This document shows, in pieces, positions 26,790-40,619 of a DNA stretch of 64,000 nucleotides (position 1 is its first letter; each line of letters starts with the position of its first letter). Position numbers and translations under genes: made by a program. This DNA comes from Eledone cirrhosa (lineage: Eukaryota): positions 15,066,001-15,130,000 of the forward strand of contig OZ024754.1 in NCBI GenBank assembly GCA_964016885.1, read 5' to 3'. The notes under the pieces were generated by a model. The model did not search any database. It saw nothing but the letters and a program-made list of their open reading frames with translations, and was not told where the DNA came from.

Positions 26790-27199
26790 TTGTAATGTAA
26801 TAAGATAAAATATACTTACAACCTTAAAACTTTATATAATCTAATTGATTATATATACAATATTATAACTCATAATATAGCTAAATAAATTTAAATTCTG
26901 GAATCATATTCCACCATTCCCCCAAATTGTTAATTCCTTTTAAATTAACGTAAATACAAGCTCCTCTTCCTTTTTCTTCTTCCTACGCATACATACATAT
27001 ATCCTAATTATTTAAATTCTGCATAACGTATAAAATAACGTGTTTTTTTAATGCCTATACCTCAACCTCATTTGCATACTCATCTTAATAATTTGAAATA
27101 TCTTACTTTTCTTCTCTTATCCCTTCACTATCCAAGGAAAACTTGAACCGTTAAGGTATCTTACCTTGGTCATGTCAAAATTTATAAAACAAACTTTGT

Positions 27200-27258
27200 A
27201 TTTTATCTGATGAAAGCGTGCCAAAGTTTTGGTACCATTGAAATATATATAATAGAAT
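27200..27258 (+). ncRNA. Type I hammerhead in a solo pLTR related to the 55814-59983 element
   Basis: ATTTTAT-CTGATGA...GAAATATATATA-ATAGAAT; surrounding 27170-27395 similar to pLTR 55814-56055. Confidence 0.65.
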
Positions 27259-27654
27259 AAATATGGTTTTATAAATATAGTTTCCATTTATTTAATATCA
27301 TTGAATATTATACTCCAGAAAACTTGTCGGGTGCTCTGAATCAGTTATAATCATTTATATTTGTTGAATTACCAACAAATTGAATATCCCTTTTGTTTAT
27401 ATATATATATATATTGGTAAACGGAATAGAAAATGCTGACAAATTGTTCACAGTTGAAAAATGGTTTAATTAGGAATAAAAGAGTATTAGTGATTGTATG
27501 GGTTAGTATTCAGTTGTGGTTTTACGTTTTTAAGTTTTTACCGGTTGCGCGTTTCTAAATGCTTTTCAAAAATAATTTTGAGATAGAGTGTCCGTGCTGT
27601 TTGCTCTGATCAGAGCAAACAGCACGGACACTCTATCTCAAAATTATTTTTGAC

Positions 27655-28700
27655 ATAGGCATAAAGATAAACTGCAGTTTATAGCGAATAGAAACAACTT
27701 AAACAAACCTACTAGCAATTACACCAACCGCTCACACAAAAATAGAGGTAACAGGACTAGACATAGAGTTAGGCACGTAGCACCTAGAGTAAGTGGTCCA
27801 AACACCAATAATGTAAACCCTAGAAACAATAGAAGAATCAGAGAAAGAAAATACCTATGGTTCAATCCAATCTTCAACTCCTCTGTAAAAACTAGACTGC
27901 CTTCTACATTCTTTAAACTAATAGATAAACACTTCCCTATTTCACACAGATATCATAAAATACTCAATAGAAAAACTATAAAACTCTCATACTCTACGGC
28001 AGCAAATATAGAATCGCACATACGCAAGATCAACCACAGAAATACCTCTAGGGAATCCACCCCACCTATGCGCAACATAGCACCAAATTATAAACATAAA
28101 CACATCACAGTATCACACCCGCAAGCGCATACAAGCACGCAGCAGCAAAACCCCAACGGGCATAAATCACAACCCACTTATAGCAGTGTACAAAATAGCA
28201 GTGTGGAAGCTGCACGAAATAACACCTCAAACTGTAACTGTCACCTACCGAATAGGTGCCAATTGGCGAATAGATGCCTTGATTCGAGCCTAGTGTACAT
28301 GTGTACGGTCAACTCAGACAACTCCACTTGGCATTACATTGGATCCACCGCGGGTACTTTTAAAAAAAGATGGTATGTGCACAGACACTCGATGAAAAAC
28401 CGTGCACTTATGGGTTCTACAACCCTCGCCAAAAAAATCTGGGAACTTAAGGACAATAACACCAACTACAATATCAACTGGTCGAGGTTGTCGGCCGCAA
28501 AGACCTACAGTACCGGTATCTCTCACTGTAGGCTCTGTGATCTAGAACTACTATATATCCTTAGAAATGTAAAAAGGCTACTCAACAACAACTTAGAAAG
28601 ATCAATCTTCTGCAGACACAGGATCGCCACTAAATTCACAAGATTTAAGCCTCCGTGAATCAACTAGGATACCCACTACTCTGCACAAACCACCACAGGA
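27655..28700 (+). mobile_element. 5'-truncated Naiad-type PLE, GIY-YIG end
   Basis: WFNP, HRYHKILNR.TIKLSYST, CNC...C, LVYMC, YIGST, CRLC..E, CRHR. Confidence 0.9.
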
Positions 28701-28853
28701 ATATAATCATTAATTACATTCGAGCCTTCTTAATTCTATACCACAGTAATGTCTGTAAGTACTTTATCAGTAATTGCTGGCCTTGTGCCTAAAGTAGAAA
28801 CAATTACTACCATATATAGTAGCCATGCCTGTATATTCCTTTCATTCTCACAA

Positions 28854-28959
28854 GCTCCGATGAATTGATTGGTTATAACTTTGTATTGGTGATCGAATGA
28901 CGTGAAACCAAGCGGGTAGCGATCTCTAGACCTACCAGTTCAGAGAAACAATTGTCAGC
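28854..28959 (+). ncRNA. Variant hammerhead (CCGATGA core) with long stem II
   Basis: Stem I GCT/AGC, GAAA, palindromic ACAATTGT, GUC. Confidence 0.55.
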
Positions 28960-29218
28960 AATGAGATTAAAAACCTTTTTTGTATAGTAAACCGTGTCAC
29001 TCTTCTTCCCTGATTTATATATATATATATATTTTATATATGTGTGTATCCCGGGTTCAATCGGGGTAACCAGAGTAAGTAAGGTACTCAATACATAGCA
29101 GAGTATACATATTTAATATAGAAATGGCTTCTACAGGACTAGAACTGTTTCATTGGAAGGAAATCATCAAGAAAACCTTCCTTCGAATAAAACACTTCTA
29201 ATCCTGTAGAAGCCATTT

Positions 29219-29275
<57 letters not shown>

Positions 29276-29280
29276 TACAC

Positions 29281-29316
<36 letters not shown>

Positions 29317-29481
29317 GCGCGCGCACACGCACACACACACACATATATATATATATAAGTTACAAGCACAGTTCATTAATGGAACTGTAAAAATTTGTAA
29401 AACCTTCCAGAATTTTAGCATATAATAACTGCATGTAAACACATATAGTTTTAGAAACATATGCATTTGTGTATATGAAAT

Positions 29482-29573
<92 letters not shown>

Positions 29574-29688
29574 CATGTTTGTATGTATATTTTTAAGTAC
29601 ATATATATATATATGTTTGTATGTATATGTATATATATATATATACATTCATATATATATATGTGTGCGTGCGTGTGTGTATGTATGA

Positions 29689-29743
<55 letters not shown>

Positions 29744-29892
29744 CTATTGTGTTAAAAGTATTTGAGGAAGCTATTTCAATAGAAGTTGGAAATAGTGAAG
29801 CGTGAGGCGTGTATAAAGTCGATATATTCCGATATATTGAAACACCAGATAAAAGCATAAATATTATATTCATTATTATTACTGTTATTATT

Positions 29893-30482
29893 ACTGTAAA
29901 AGGCGGTGAATTGGCAGTATCGGTAGAGGGTCGGACGCCATGCTTTGCAGCATAGAGTTACGGCCCTTGCCATTCTGAGTTCAAATCCCGCCGAGGTTAA
30001 CTTTGCCTTTCATCCTTACGGGGTTGATAAAATAAAGTACCAGTAATACACTGGGTATTTGCTGGCCTTGTGCCAAAAGTAAAAACAATTATTACTGTAA
30101 AGGGCAGTGAATTGGCAGTATCGGTAGAGGGTCGGACGCCATGCTTTGACGCATAGAGTTACGGCCCTTGCCATTCTGAGTTCAAATCACGCCGAGGTTA
30201 ACTTTGCCTTTCCTCCTGACGGAGTCGATAAAATAAAGTACCAGTCACACACTGGGGTCGATTTAAGCGACTTTCCCCTCCCCCCCAAAATTGCTGGACT
30301 TCTGCCTATATAAGAAACCATTATTATCATGCTTTCTAGCATAGTTACGTCCCTTTACGATCTGAGTTCAAATCCCGCCGAGGTTAACTTTGCCTTTCAT
30401 CCTTACGAGGTCGATAAAATAAAGTACCAGTAATATACTGGGTAATTGCTGGCCTTGTGTCAAAAAGTAGAAACAATTATTA
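29893..30482 (+). mobile_element. Three head-to-tail tRNA-SINE copies
   Basis: A/B boxes and core repeated from ~29893, 30093 and 30330 (third lacks head). Confidence 0.85.
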
Positions 30483-30773
30483 TCATTATTGTAATTATTA
30501 TTGTTGTTGTTATTGTTGACGTTGTTGTTGTTGTTTGCTTACGTTTTCACAACTTCCATTGTCGTGACATTCTAAAACACTTAAAACTATATATAACAAT
30601 GCCTCAAATAAATGATATTATTATAAGATCTAAATATATATATATATTTATATTTATGTGTGTTTGTGTGTGTGTATGTAAATGTGTGTGCATGTGTGTT
30701 TGCGATTGACGAGGTAACAATGCAATTTTTAATGCATATACAATATCTATCTCTCTATATATTATATATATTA

Positions 30774-30865
<92 letters not shown>

Positions 30866-31491
30866 ATATATATATATATATATATATAAAGAAGAAATTA
30901 AAAGATGGTGAAAGAAGTTCCATATATTTTATATCCTCGCCAACACACACCTATGTTTTCTCTTGTTTCACTCATATTATTATAATCTTTTTTACGTTAC
31001 TTCTTTGTTGCTTTCTTCCTAATCTCTGTCTCACTACCTCTCTCCCTCTCTCTCCCTCTCTCCCTCTCTCTACCTTACTCTCTCTCTCTCTCTCTCTCAC
31101 TACCCCCCTCCTCTCTACTTCTTGTCGCCAGGCCATTGATTTCATCTTTCAGCCGGTACGACAGATAAGTAGCGCTCATAATTTTTTCACTTCATGTTTC
31201 ATCGACGAAAGTCACTTTTTCCTCGCTGCTGGCGTCTTGTCTTGCACATTTACATGCACAGTCTGTTGCACATTAAATTCCAGTTGTACATTTTTTTCTG
31301 TCTATTCTTTGTGTTTTGTTATCATGTCACATGCATTATACCAATAGAGCTCGTTTACATCTGTTGCTTAAACAGGTATTACACTGTATTAACATTTTAA
31401 TGCACAAAACTGCGCTACCAGCAATGTGACTGTTTGTGTTGTATAATTGTGTGCATATATATATGTATATGCATATATATATATATATGTA

Positions 31492-31526
<35 letters not shown>

Positions 31527-31527
31527 T

Positions 31528-31571
<44 letters not shown>

Positions 31572-31713
31572 TCGTTTGGAAGCCTCGACAATGAAAATGG
31601 GTAAATCTCCGGGTAACAAGGAGATTTACCCATTTGCATTGTCGAGGCTTCCAAACGACTTATAAATATTTACTTATTGTTCCACAAATGCTTCAAGCAA
31701 ACTTCAATACTCT

Positions 31714-31770
<57 letters not shown>

Positions 31771-31893
31771 ATTAAAATACTGGAGCGTGTTGGATTTAAA
31801 CACCCTCTTCGTATTATAGAAATGACAGTAAAAGGTATAGCTCAATGTAATTAAACAGAGCCGAAGAATTATGAAAATAAAACAAAGTCTTTA

Positions 31894-31936
31894 TTAGCCA
31901 ACAATGTTTCGTCCTATTAAGGACTCATCAGGGCAA
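31894..31936 (-). ncRNA. Type I hammerhead ribozyme (inverted arm copy)
   Basis: Exact reverse complement of 32014-32056. Confidence 0.75.
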
Positions 31937-32013
31937 TTAAAACTAGAAGAAGCACTATCGGCCAATACAAGTTTTCAGCTTGTATTGGCCGATAGTGCTT
32001 CTTCTAGTTTTAA

Positions 32014-32056
32014 TTGCCCTGATGAGTCCTTAATAGGACGAAACATTGTTGGCTAA
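32014..32056 (+). ncRNA. Type I hammerhead ribozyme
   Basis: GCC-CTGATGA-GTCCT-taat-AGGAC-GAAACATTGTT-GGC. Confidence 0.78.
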
Positions 32057-32101
32057 TAAAGACTTTTGATGTATTGAAGGCTTCTTTGTTTTATTTTCAT
32101 A

Positions 32102-32171
<70 letters not shown>

Positions 32172-32342
32172 ATATATATGTATGTGTATTGTATGTGTAT
32201 TCATATGTATGTGTGTGCAAGTTTATATATACATACTTAATAAACACAGTAAATGTTTATACTTGTCAATTTTCTTTCATTCTTTCAAGTAAACTACAAT
32301 CTATCTATCTATCTATATATCTATATATGTATAGATATATAA

Positions 32343-33336
32343 AACTGGGCGCCTGGCACACCGAGTGTGCCCAGGCGCTCACGGCTCTCTGGCAGGCGGA
32401 CCCGGCTGTCAGTGGAGAATCCACCTCGTCATTCTATAGAGGGCTGGTGGTTAGCAGGTGCGACGACGCCCTCGGAGAAGCCCTAGGCATGGAGGAAGAC
32501 GAACTGGCCAACCTGTTCGGTAGGACATTCAGCCCGGGACCCATGGATAACTTCCAGAGGTCCCAGGCCTGGCAATGCTACAGAAGGGCTCTGCCCGTTC
32601 GAGAAAGGCTCTACAGACACGGGCGCCCGGGTAGGGACCCATCCAAAAAGATCTGTCCCAGATGCGTGTGCGACGAGGAAACCGTTGCACACGCATTGGT
32701 ACACTGCTCGGGCATTGCCGATCTGTGGGGCTATGTCGAACAACTGCTGTCAAGGGTGGGACCGATCCGGTTGACCACCGAGTCTATTGTAACGATCAAG
32801 CCGCCTCCCCTCTTCAAAAACGAAGGAGAGGCGGTGTTTCTGTGCGTAATAGCCATGGCGAAAGAGGTTGTATGGTGGACGCGTCTGAAAGGACTGAGGT
32901 CAGACACCTTTCTCTCTGGCCAACAACTGGTCTGTTTCTTCCGATATCATTTCGGAAGAAGGATCAGGATGGAGAGAGAGGTGCTGCACCCCAGCCGTTT
33001 CTATGAAAGATGGGTGAAAGTGGCGAGAATGGCCCGTGTGAATGGTCCTTCACTCTACATCAGACTATAGGTGAGGAAGATGAAAGACCAAGGGACCACC
33101 CCTTCTCTGTGCTTCTGAGGAGAAGGGTTGCACACTTTTTTCGGGGGGGGGGGGGGTGCGACCCCCCAAGGCGCCTCCTCTCTATTGAGGACTTTGTTAT
33201 AAATTTTATTTTTTGTTATATTTTATTTTATTTTTATATATTGTTATTGCCTCCTCCTTATTGAGGACGCCTTGTTTTGTAAACTCCCCCCATTATACTT
33301 GTCCCACTTTTGATGACCTGGTGGCAAATAAAAGAA
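32343..33336 (+). mobile_element. L1-Tx1 clade retrotransposon 3' fragment
   Basis: zf-RVT-like WQCYRRALPVRERL...CPRC...ET..HAL.HC; 3' UTR ending AATAAA; preceded by (TCTA)n. Confidence 0.85.
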
Positions 33337-33349
33337 ACATATATATCTA

Positions 33350-33389
<40 letters not shown>

Positions 33390-33728
33390 TGTAGAGGTGA
33401 AAGTTAATGCGTCCGTAGGTGGTATGCCGGGTGAGCACTCCATGCTCTTGCTGAGCAGAGTATGAATAGTATTGGAATAAAGGAACAAAGAATCAGTGTT
33501 GCATCATAACATATTTGATAACTTATTATAAATGTTTCACTGTCGAACAGCTCGAGGGTATCTAAGGATCTTTCGATTCCAGGTCAGGTTCGATCAATAA
33601 CAGATCGTCCCTAAAGTTGATCGACAGTGAAACATATGTAATATGTTATTAAATATGTTTTTTACTGATTCTTTCATTGATTCTTTGTTCCTTTCTTACA
33701 ATATTATCTATCTATCTATCTATCTATT

Positions 33729-33822
<94 letters not shown>

Positions 33823-35101
33823 AGCGTCCGCCATCTACTACCGCTTGACCGTCGTGCCTTGTCCAGCCAAAACGCTCGCCAAAATGGAGCGCGCGCTCTT
33901 CCAATTCCTTTTGGAAGAGGCGGGCTCTTTTGGTGAGAAGATCCATCTGCTGCCAACACCCTTCTAACGGAGGGCTGGGGATGCCGTGGTTGACGATGCG
34001 CAAACACGCGCTCAGGCTGCGGCATCTCTACGTATTCCTCACCGGACAACCGGTGTGGGCCCCGTTCGTGAGGCGAGCCTTCCCACGACTCGTCTCGCTG
34101 ACCGAGCTGCAGTCCTGGGTCAAGCAAAGTCCGAGGAAAATGGGCGACTGGCACATCGAATGTGCTCAGGCGCTCACAGCCCTCTGGCAAACAGACCCGG
34201 CGATCAGTGGAGACTCCACTTCGACATTCTATAGAGGGTTGGTCCGCAGCAAGTGCGACGACACGCTCGGAGAAACTCTAGGCGTAGAGGAAGACGAACT
34301 GGCCAGTCTGTTCGGTAGTACCTTCCGCCCGGGACAAATGGACAACTTCCAAAAGCCCCTGGCCTGGCAGTGCTACCGAGGAGCTCTACCAGTTCGAGAC
34401 AAGCTCTACAGACATGGGCGCCCGGGCAGGGACCCTGCAAAAAAGATCTGTCCGAGGTGCGTGCGAGACGAAGAAACCGTCGCGCACGCATTCATACACT
34501 GCCCGGGCGTCACTGACCTGTGGGGATATGTAGAACGACTATTGTCGCGGGTGGGACCAATCCAGTTGACCACCGAGTCCATTGTCATGATCAAACCGCC
34601 ACCCTCCTTCAAAAACGAAGGAGAGGCGGTTTTCCTTTGTGTGATAGCTATGGCGAAAGAGGTTGTATGGTGGACAAGGTTGAAAGGGCTGAGGTCAGAC
34701 ACCTTTCTCTCCGGCCAACAACTGATTCTTTTTTTCAAATACCACTTTGGAAGAAGAATCAGGATGGAGAGAGAGGTGCTGTACCCCAGCAAGTTTTATG
34801 AAAGGTGGGTGAAAGTGGCGAGAATGGCCCGAGTGAATGGGCCTTCTCTCTATATCAGCCTGTAGATTGAGGAAAAGGAGGAGGAGAGGAAAGGAGTACA
34901 AGCTCTTCGTACTCCTGGAGATGAGGGTTGCACATTTTTTTCGGGGGTATGTGTTACCCATATAAACTGTCTCCCTCTATTGGGGAAAATCGACTAACTT
35001 TTAAATTCCATCTGTGATAACATTTTACACGTTTTTATTGTATGTAAACTTCCCCCTTTGTATTTGTCCCCTTCTTTTGTGCCCCTGTGGCTAATAAAGA
35101 A
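33823..35101 (+). mobile_element. L1-Tx1 clade 3' fragment
   Basis: VRRSICCQHP..GGLGMP, zf-RVT CPRC...HAFIHC; flanked by (TCTA)n. Confidence 0.88.
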
Positions 35102-35134
35102 ATATATCTATCTATTATCTATCTATCTATCTAT

Positions 35135-36402
35135 AGCGTCCGCCATCTACTACCGCTTGACCGTCGTGCCTTGTCCAGCCAAAACGCTCGCCAAAATGGA
35201 GCGCGCGCTCTTCCAATTCCTTTTGGAAGAGGCGGGCTCTTTTGGTGAGAAGATCCATCTGCTGCCAACACCCTTCTAACGGAGGGCTGGGGATGCCGTG
35301 GTTGACGATGCGCAAACACGCGCTCAGGCTGCGGCATCTCTACGTATTCCTCACCGGACAACCGGTGTGGGCCCCGTTCGTGAGGCGAGCCTTCCCACGA
35401 CTCGTCTCGCTGACCGAGCTGCAGTCCTGGGTCAAGCAAAGTCCGAGGAAAATGGGCGACTGGCACATCGAATGTGCTCAGGCGCTCACAGCCCTCTGGC
35501 AAACAGACCCGGCGATCAGTGGAGACTCCACTTCGACATTCTATAGAGGGTTGGTCCGCAGCAAGTGCGACGACACGCTCGGAGAAACTCTAGGCGTAGA
35601 GGAAGACGAACTGGCCAGTCTGTTCGGTAGTACCTTCCGCCCGGGACAAATGGACAACTTCCAAAAGCCCCTGGCCTGGCAGTGCTACCGAGGAGCTCTA
35701 CCAGTTCGAGACAAGCTCTACAGACACGGGCGCCCGGGTAGGGACCCTTCGAAAAAGATCTGTCCGAGATGCGTGCGCGACGAGGAAACCGTCGCGCACG
35801 CATTTGTACACTGCCCGGGCGTTACCCACCTGTGGGGCTATGTAGAACGACTATTGTCGCAGGTGGGACCAATCCAGTTGACCACCGAGTCCATTGTCAT
35901 GAACCGCCACCCTCCTTCAAAAACGAGGGAGAGGCGGTTTTCCTATGTGTTATGGGTATGGTGAAAGAGGTTATATGGTGGACGAGGTTAAAAGGGCTGA
36001 GGTCAGACACCTTTCTCTCCGGCGAACAACTGATTCGTTTTTTCAAATATCATTTTGGAAGAAGAATCAGGATGGAGAGAGAGGTGCTGTAAACCAGCAA
36101 ATTTTATAAAAGGTGGGTGAATGTGGCAAAGATGGCCCGAGTGGTTGGGCCTTCTCTCTATATAAGTCTGTAGGTTGAGGAAAAGAGGAAGAGAGGAAGG
36201 GAGTACTCACTCTTGGTGCTCCTGGAGATGAGGGTTGTACATTTTTTCGGGGTGTGTACAACCCCTGTGTAACGCCTCCACCCTATTGAGGATTTCAATT
36301 GTTATTTGTTATTTTATTAATAGTTTTATTTTCATATACCTGTATGTAAACTCCCCATTTGTATTTGTCCCCTTCTTTTGTGTCCTTGTGGCTAATAAAG
36401 AA
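35135..36402 (+). mobile_element. L1-Tx1 clade 3' fragment (frameshifted)
   Basis: First ~590 bp identical to previous copy, then diverged. Confidence 0.88.
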
Positions 36403-36407
36403 ATTTA

Positions 36408-36469
<62 letters not shown>

Positions 36470-36559
36470 AAAAAATGGGGAGAAGAATACTGCATGGTTG
36501 CACATGGATAACATGTTATAAAATGAGTCCCTCATCAGTGATTTACCAACGGTCATAGG

Positions 36560-36616
<57 letters not shown>

Positions 36617-36959
36617 GATAGATAGATAGATAGATAGATATACAGTCGAAGCCAACAATTTAAACTGCTACCACCTCTGTTGGTCAACACCAACAAAACT
36701 ACGAGCAAAAATATGAACTTTCCTCTCTAAATATGTATGTAAAAAATAAAAAAAACATTTTCTCGATTTTATCAATATTCGTATAAATATGCAATTAAAC
36801 TGCACTATACACTTCCGTCGCTGAAAAAGCATATAAAGCTGAAACCGATACACGATTAAATGCAGAAATCATCACAACTATATAAATAAATGTTTTGATG
36901 TTATACTGAAAAAAAAACCCTCTAGCATTTTCTACTGTATTTTTTCCTTTTTACTATTT

Positions 36960-37023
<64 letters not shown>

Positions 37024-37089
37024 ATTGAATTACATTCACTTATTATAATATATATAATAAGTGAATTACATTCACTTATTATATTTCGA

Positions 37090-37147
37090 ATACCTGATGA
37101 TATCACCGGATTCGTACGGAACCCGGTCATTGAAATGATCATAGTAT
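37090..37147 (+). ncRNA. Type I hammerhead ribozyme
   Basis: Stem I ATAC/GTAT, CTGATGA, stem II with ACCGG/CCGGT, GAAA, palindromic ATGATCAT, AUA. Confidence 0.7.
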
Positions 37148-37338
37148 AATAAACCTTTCAAGGATTTACACAAGTCCAGCCTCCTGTCTTTTCATTATAA
37201 TATTTAACTCCGTAATAGCACCACCAACTACAAAAACAAAGACGGTTGAACTGCTTTACGTTGAGTACTCTCCATATTATTACATTGAGATTGACCATAC
37301 GGAATTGACCAGCTCTATCCAGTGGTGAACCTCAAACC

Positions 37339-37390
<52 letters not shown>

Positions 37391-37399
37391 CGTCCATAC

Positions 37400-40345
37400 A
37401 TACATAAATACATACATACATATTTATTCAGTTGTAGCTACAGAAGAAACCGAAATTATAAATCGCATTCCTCTTGGAGTTGCGAACTTAATGATTATTT
37501 ATTTAATTGTTATACTGGGACGAAATACACCCAGAGATAAATTATTTCACAGCGAAACAATTACGCCAACAAGCGACGTTTGTTGAACGTAAAAATAAGA
37601 TAAATATTATTAATTGTAAGTCCCCCACAACAAACATGGGATCAACAACACGTGCTACGGGTAGCTATGCTACTAGACTTCCTAGCAGCCAGGTCGAACA
37701 GTGCCTTGAAACAACTATGCCTGTAAGAAGCTTGACACCACGTGTACCATCTTAGTCTATCTCGAATGCTGGGGAAAACATTATCGATAATAAAAATCAA
37801 AAGTATAAACAATTAAAATTTTCCCCCAACGAAATTTTCCAGAGAGAAATTAATTCATGTATAAATATCTCTCTTGCTGAACGTAATAAAACAACAATAC
37901 TAAATAAAATAAAACCAAATAATGAAATATTACGTGCTATTGACGGATTACGACGGATTAAAACGCCCACACTTTGGCAAATAAACGCCTGTTTATATGC
38001 CCTAGCAACGACAGTGAAGCATTATCTTGGTGATAGCAGAGATATTAACAAGAACAAAACACCACCAAAAATGCCATCATATATAACTAAAATACAAAAA
38101 AAGATTGCTGACCTACGAAAAACCATAGGATATGTGGCAATAAACCTTACATGCAAACAAAAACAAAAAAAACTTCACTCCTCACCAACAAAGAGTGAAA
38201 AATAAAATGTTTGGACGATGTTTGGTAACAGTAGAACCAGAACTCTTCAATATAAACTGATCACCATCAAACAAGAATTGAGAGCTGTCAACGAGAAACG
38301 TCGATACCTGAAGAAGGTATATGAAAGAAAAGTGCTTAATAAACGATTCAGACGAAACCAAACATCAGTCTATAGAGATATGAAGGGCAAAATAATAAGT
38401 GTCACTTAGGCCCCATCCCAGAAAGACAGATTCCTTTTGGAGAAAAATATGGAGGGAAAAGAAGAATTTCAACCAAGATACAGTGTGGCTAAAAGAAATC
38501 CGAAAGAACTATTGCTCCTACACTACAACAAAAACATTCGAAATATATAAGTGAGGGTACCATTGAGACTGTGATAGGAAAACTCCAAGATAAGAAAACA
38601 CAAGGAAGAGACTTGATCGTCGGCTACTGGTACAAAAACTGATATTCTATCGGGTGTATCTTATCGACCTCTACCAACAAGTTCTCAAGGGAGATACACT
38701 TATACCAGAATAGCTGCCTGAACCTATTCCTCCAAGATCACTGTGAAAATAATAACATCATCACAGATGAACAAGCAGCTAGAAAGAAAGGGATTTGTGG
38801 GTGTGCTGAACAACTACTAATCAACAAAAAATGCGATAGCGGAGGTGCGACAACTTAGGAGGAATATGGTTACAGTCTGGCAGGAAAGCTTTTCATTCTG
38901 TTCCCCAGTCTTGGATGATAGAGTCCCTCCGACTTGCTAAAGTCCCAGACATTATTATCAGAGCCATAGAAAAGCTGTCTTCTTTAAAAACAGAGAAGGA
39001 GGACTCTATTTTCACTGATAAAATAGAATATTACACGGGTATTTTTCAAGGAGACAGTCTTTCTGTGCTACTATTTATCCTGTCATTAAACCCCGTGTCC
39101 TTTCTGATCAAGGAGGGTGAAGGATAAATCATTGGCTCACAGGAGGACAGAAATACGAACTTAATCCATAATTTCTTTGTGGATAACCTGAGACTTTATG
39201 CCAAGAACATAAATGGAATGAAGAAAAATCTTGACCTGGTTACAACATTTTCAAAGGATGTAGGAATGGCGTTTGGCCAAGATAAATGTTCATATATGAC
39301 TGTAAAGCGGCGAGAAACTAGAATCTAATCTAGCAACATTTTTATCAATGGCCTAACTGTTTCACCGATATCTGATGAGGACTGCCACAGATACCTGGGG
39401 ATAGATGATGCGAATATATCCTATAATGGTATTTGTAATAAGGAACGCGTAACCAGGGAATACTACACCCGATTAAGAAAAATATGGTCATCGGGACTCT
39501 CTGCGGACAATGGTTCACAATGTGTTTGCTGTGCCTGTCCTAACACCAACGTTTGGAATACTCGATTGGACGATAGACCAAATCCGAGCAATTGATGTTA
39601 GGACTCGAACAATTCTAAACAAAGACGGAAACTTGTGACATAGACCGCCTTTACTTGAAACGTAAGCAGGGAAGCAGAGGTCTAGCATGAGTCCAGACCA
39701 GAATTTGAGTGTCGCATCACCCCCCCCCCCCCCCCCCGACAACATTTTCGAGCCTCGAAGCGTGAGAGCCCATCTATTGAGCAAGTCTATCTGCATGAGA
39801 CAGATAAGATCATGAGAATTGGGAAGTAACTCCTTGAAAGATATTCCCTGCATGATAATCAAAAACTCACATCCAGGAAAGTTGCCCACCAGTATCGCAG
39901 TGAATCCATGGATGAAAAACTACATGCTTATCACCAAAATATCATGCAAGAATATGTTACCAGGAAGCCCCAGAGTGAGAGTAATATAGAAAAGCAAATT
40001 ACTCTATCTTGGACCTACAATCGCTATATTGGCTCCTACTTTGAAGGATACGCTTTTGCAATCCAAGAACAGGAAATCAACACAAAATACTTAATTCACA
40101 AAAGAAATAGGGATGCAGGCAAAACACCTACATGTGACAAGTCCAGACTGCAGAATTAACATCGAAGATATCACCTATGTCATAAGCAGCTTTCCAAAGA
40201 TGTCATCGAGATACTCTCTACCTGTGATGTAGTGGCCAAAACATTACAATGCAATCCGTAGAAAGGATAGCCCCGACAATAAACACATTAAAAGCTACAA
40301 CAATGTGGAAGACATATATATACATAATATGAAAGAGAACTGGTG
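37400..40345 (+). mobile_element. Decayed R4/Dong-like (RLE) non-LTR retrotransposon
   Basis: N-terminal W..ELN...CY / WDEIHP...FTAKQLRQQA, RT GIFQGDSLSVLLFILSLNP and HNFFVDNL, AIQEQEI.TKY; many stops/frameshifts; starts in (CATA)n. Confidence 0.85.
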
Positions 40346-40619
40346 GAATGTAAAACATTCCAAAAATTCTGTATCTGATAACTGCATATACACTTCTACA
40401 GATACAAAGCATATACACATGCACACATACAACTCAAAACATCCACATCCACACATACAATAACAACCATACCTACACACACATGCATGCAGAGATGCAT
40501 ACATATCTACCTAGTTGATGTTGTGTAAATTCCAATGAGAGAGTCTTGTGTCTATGTTAGAAACCGACTCTCTCTCTCTATTGGCAAAGAATTGTGAAAT
40601 TATAAAACCAGAACATACA

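Noticed and set aside
33506-33650. Additional hammerheads here and at ~29126, ~49080 and ~62354
   Set aside because: Stems present but cores degenerate (TTGATAA, TTGATGA, CTGAATA, CTGACAA); treated as decayed
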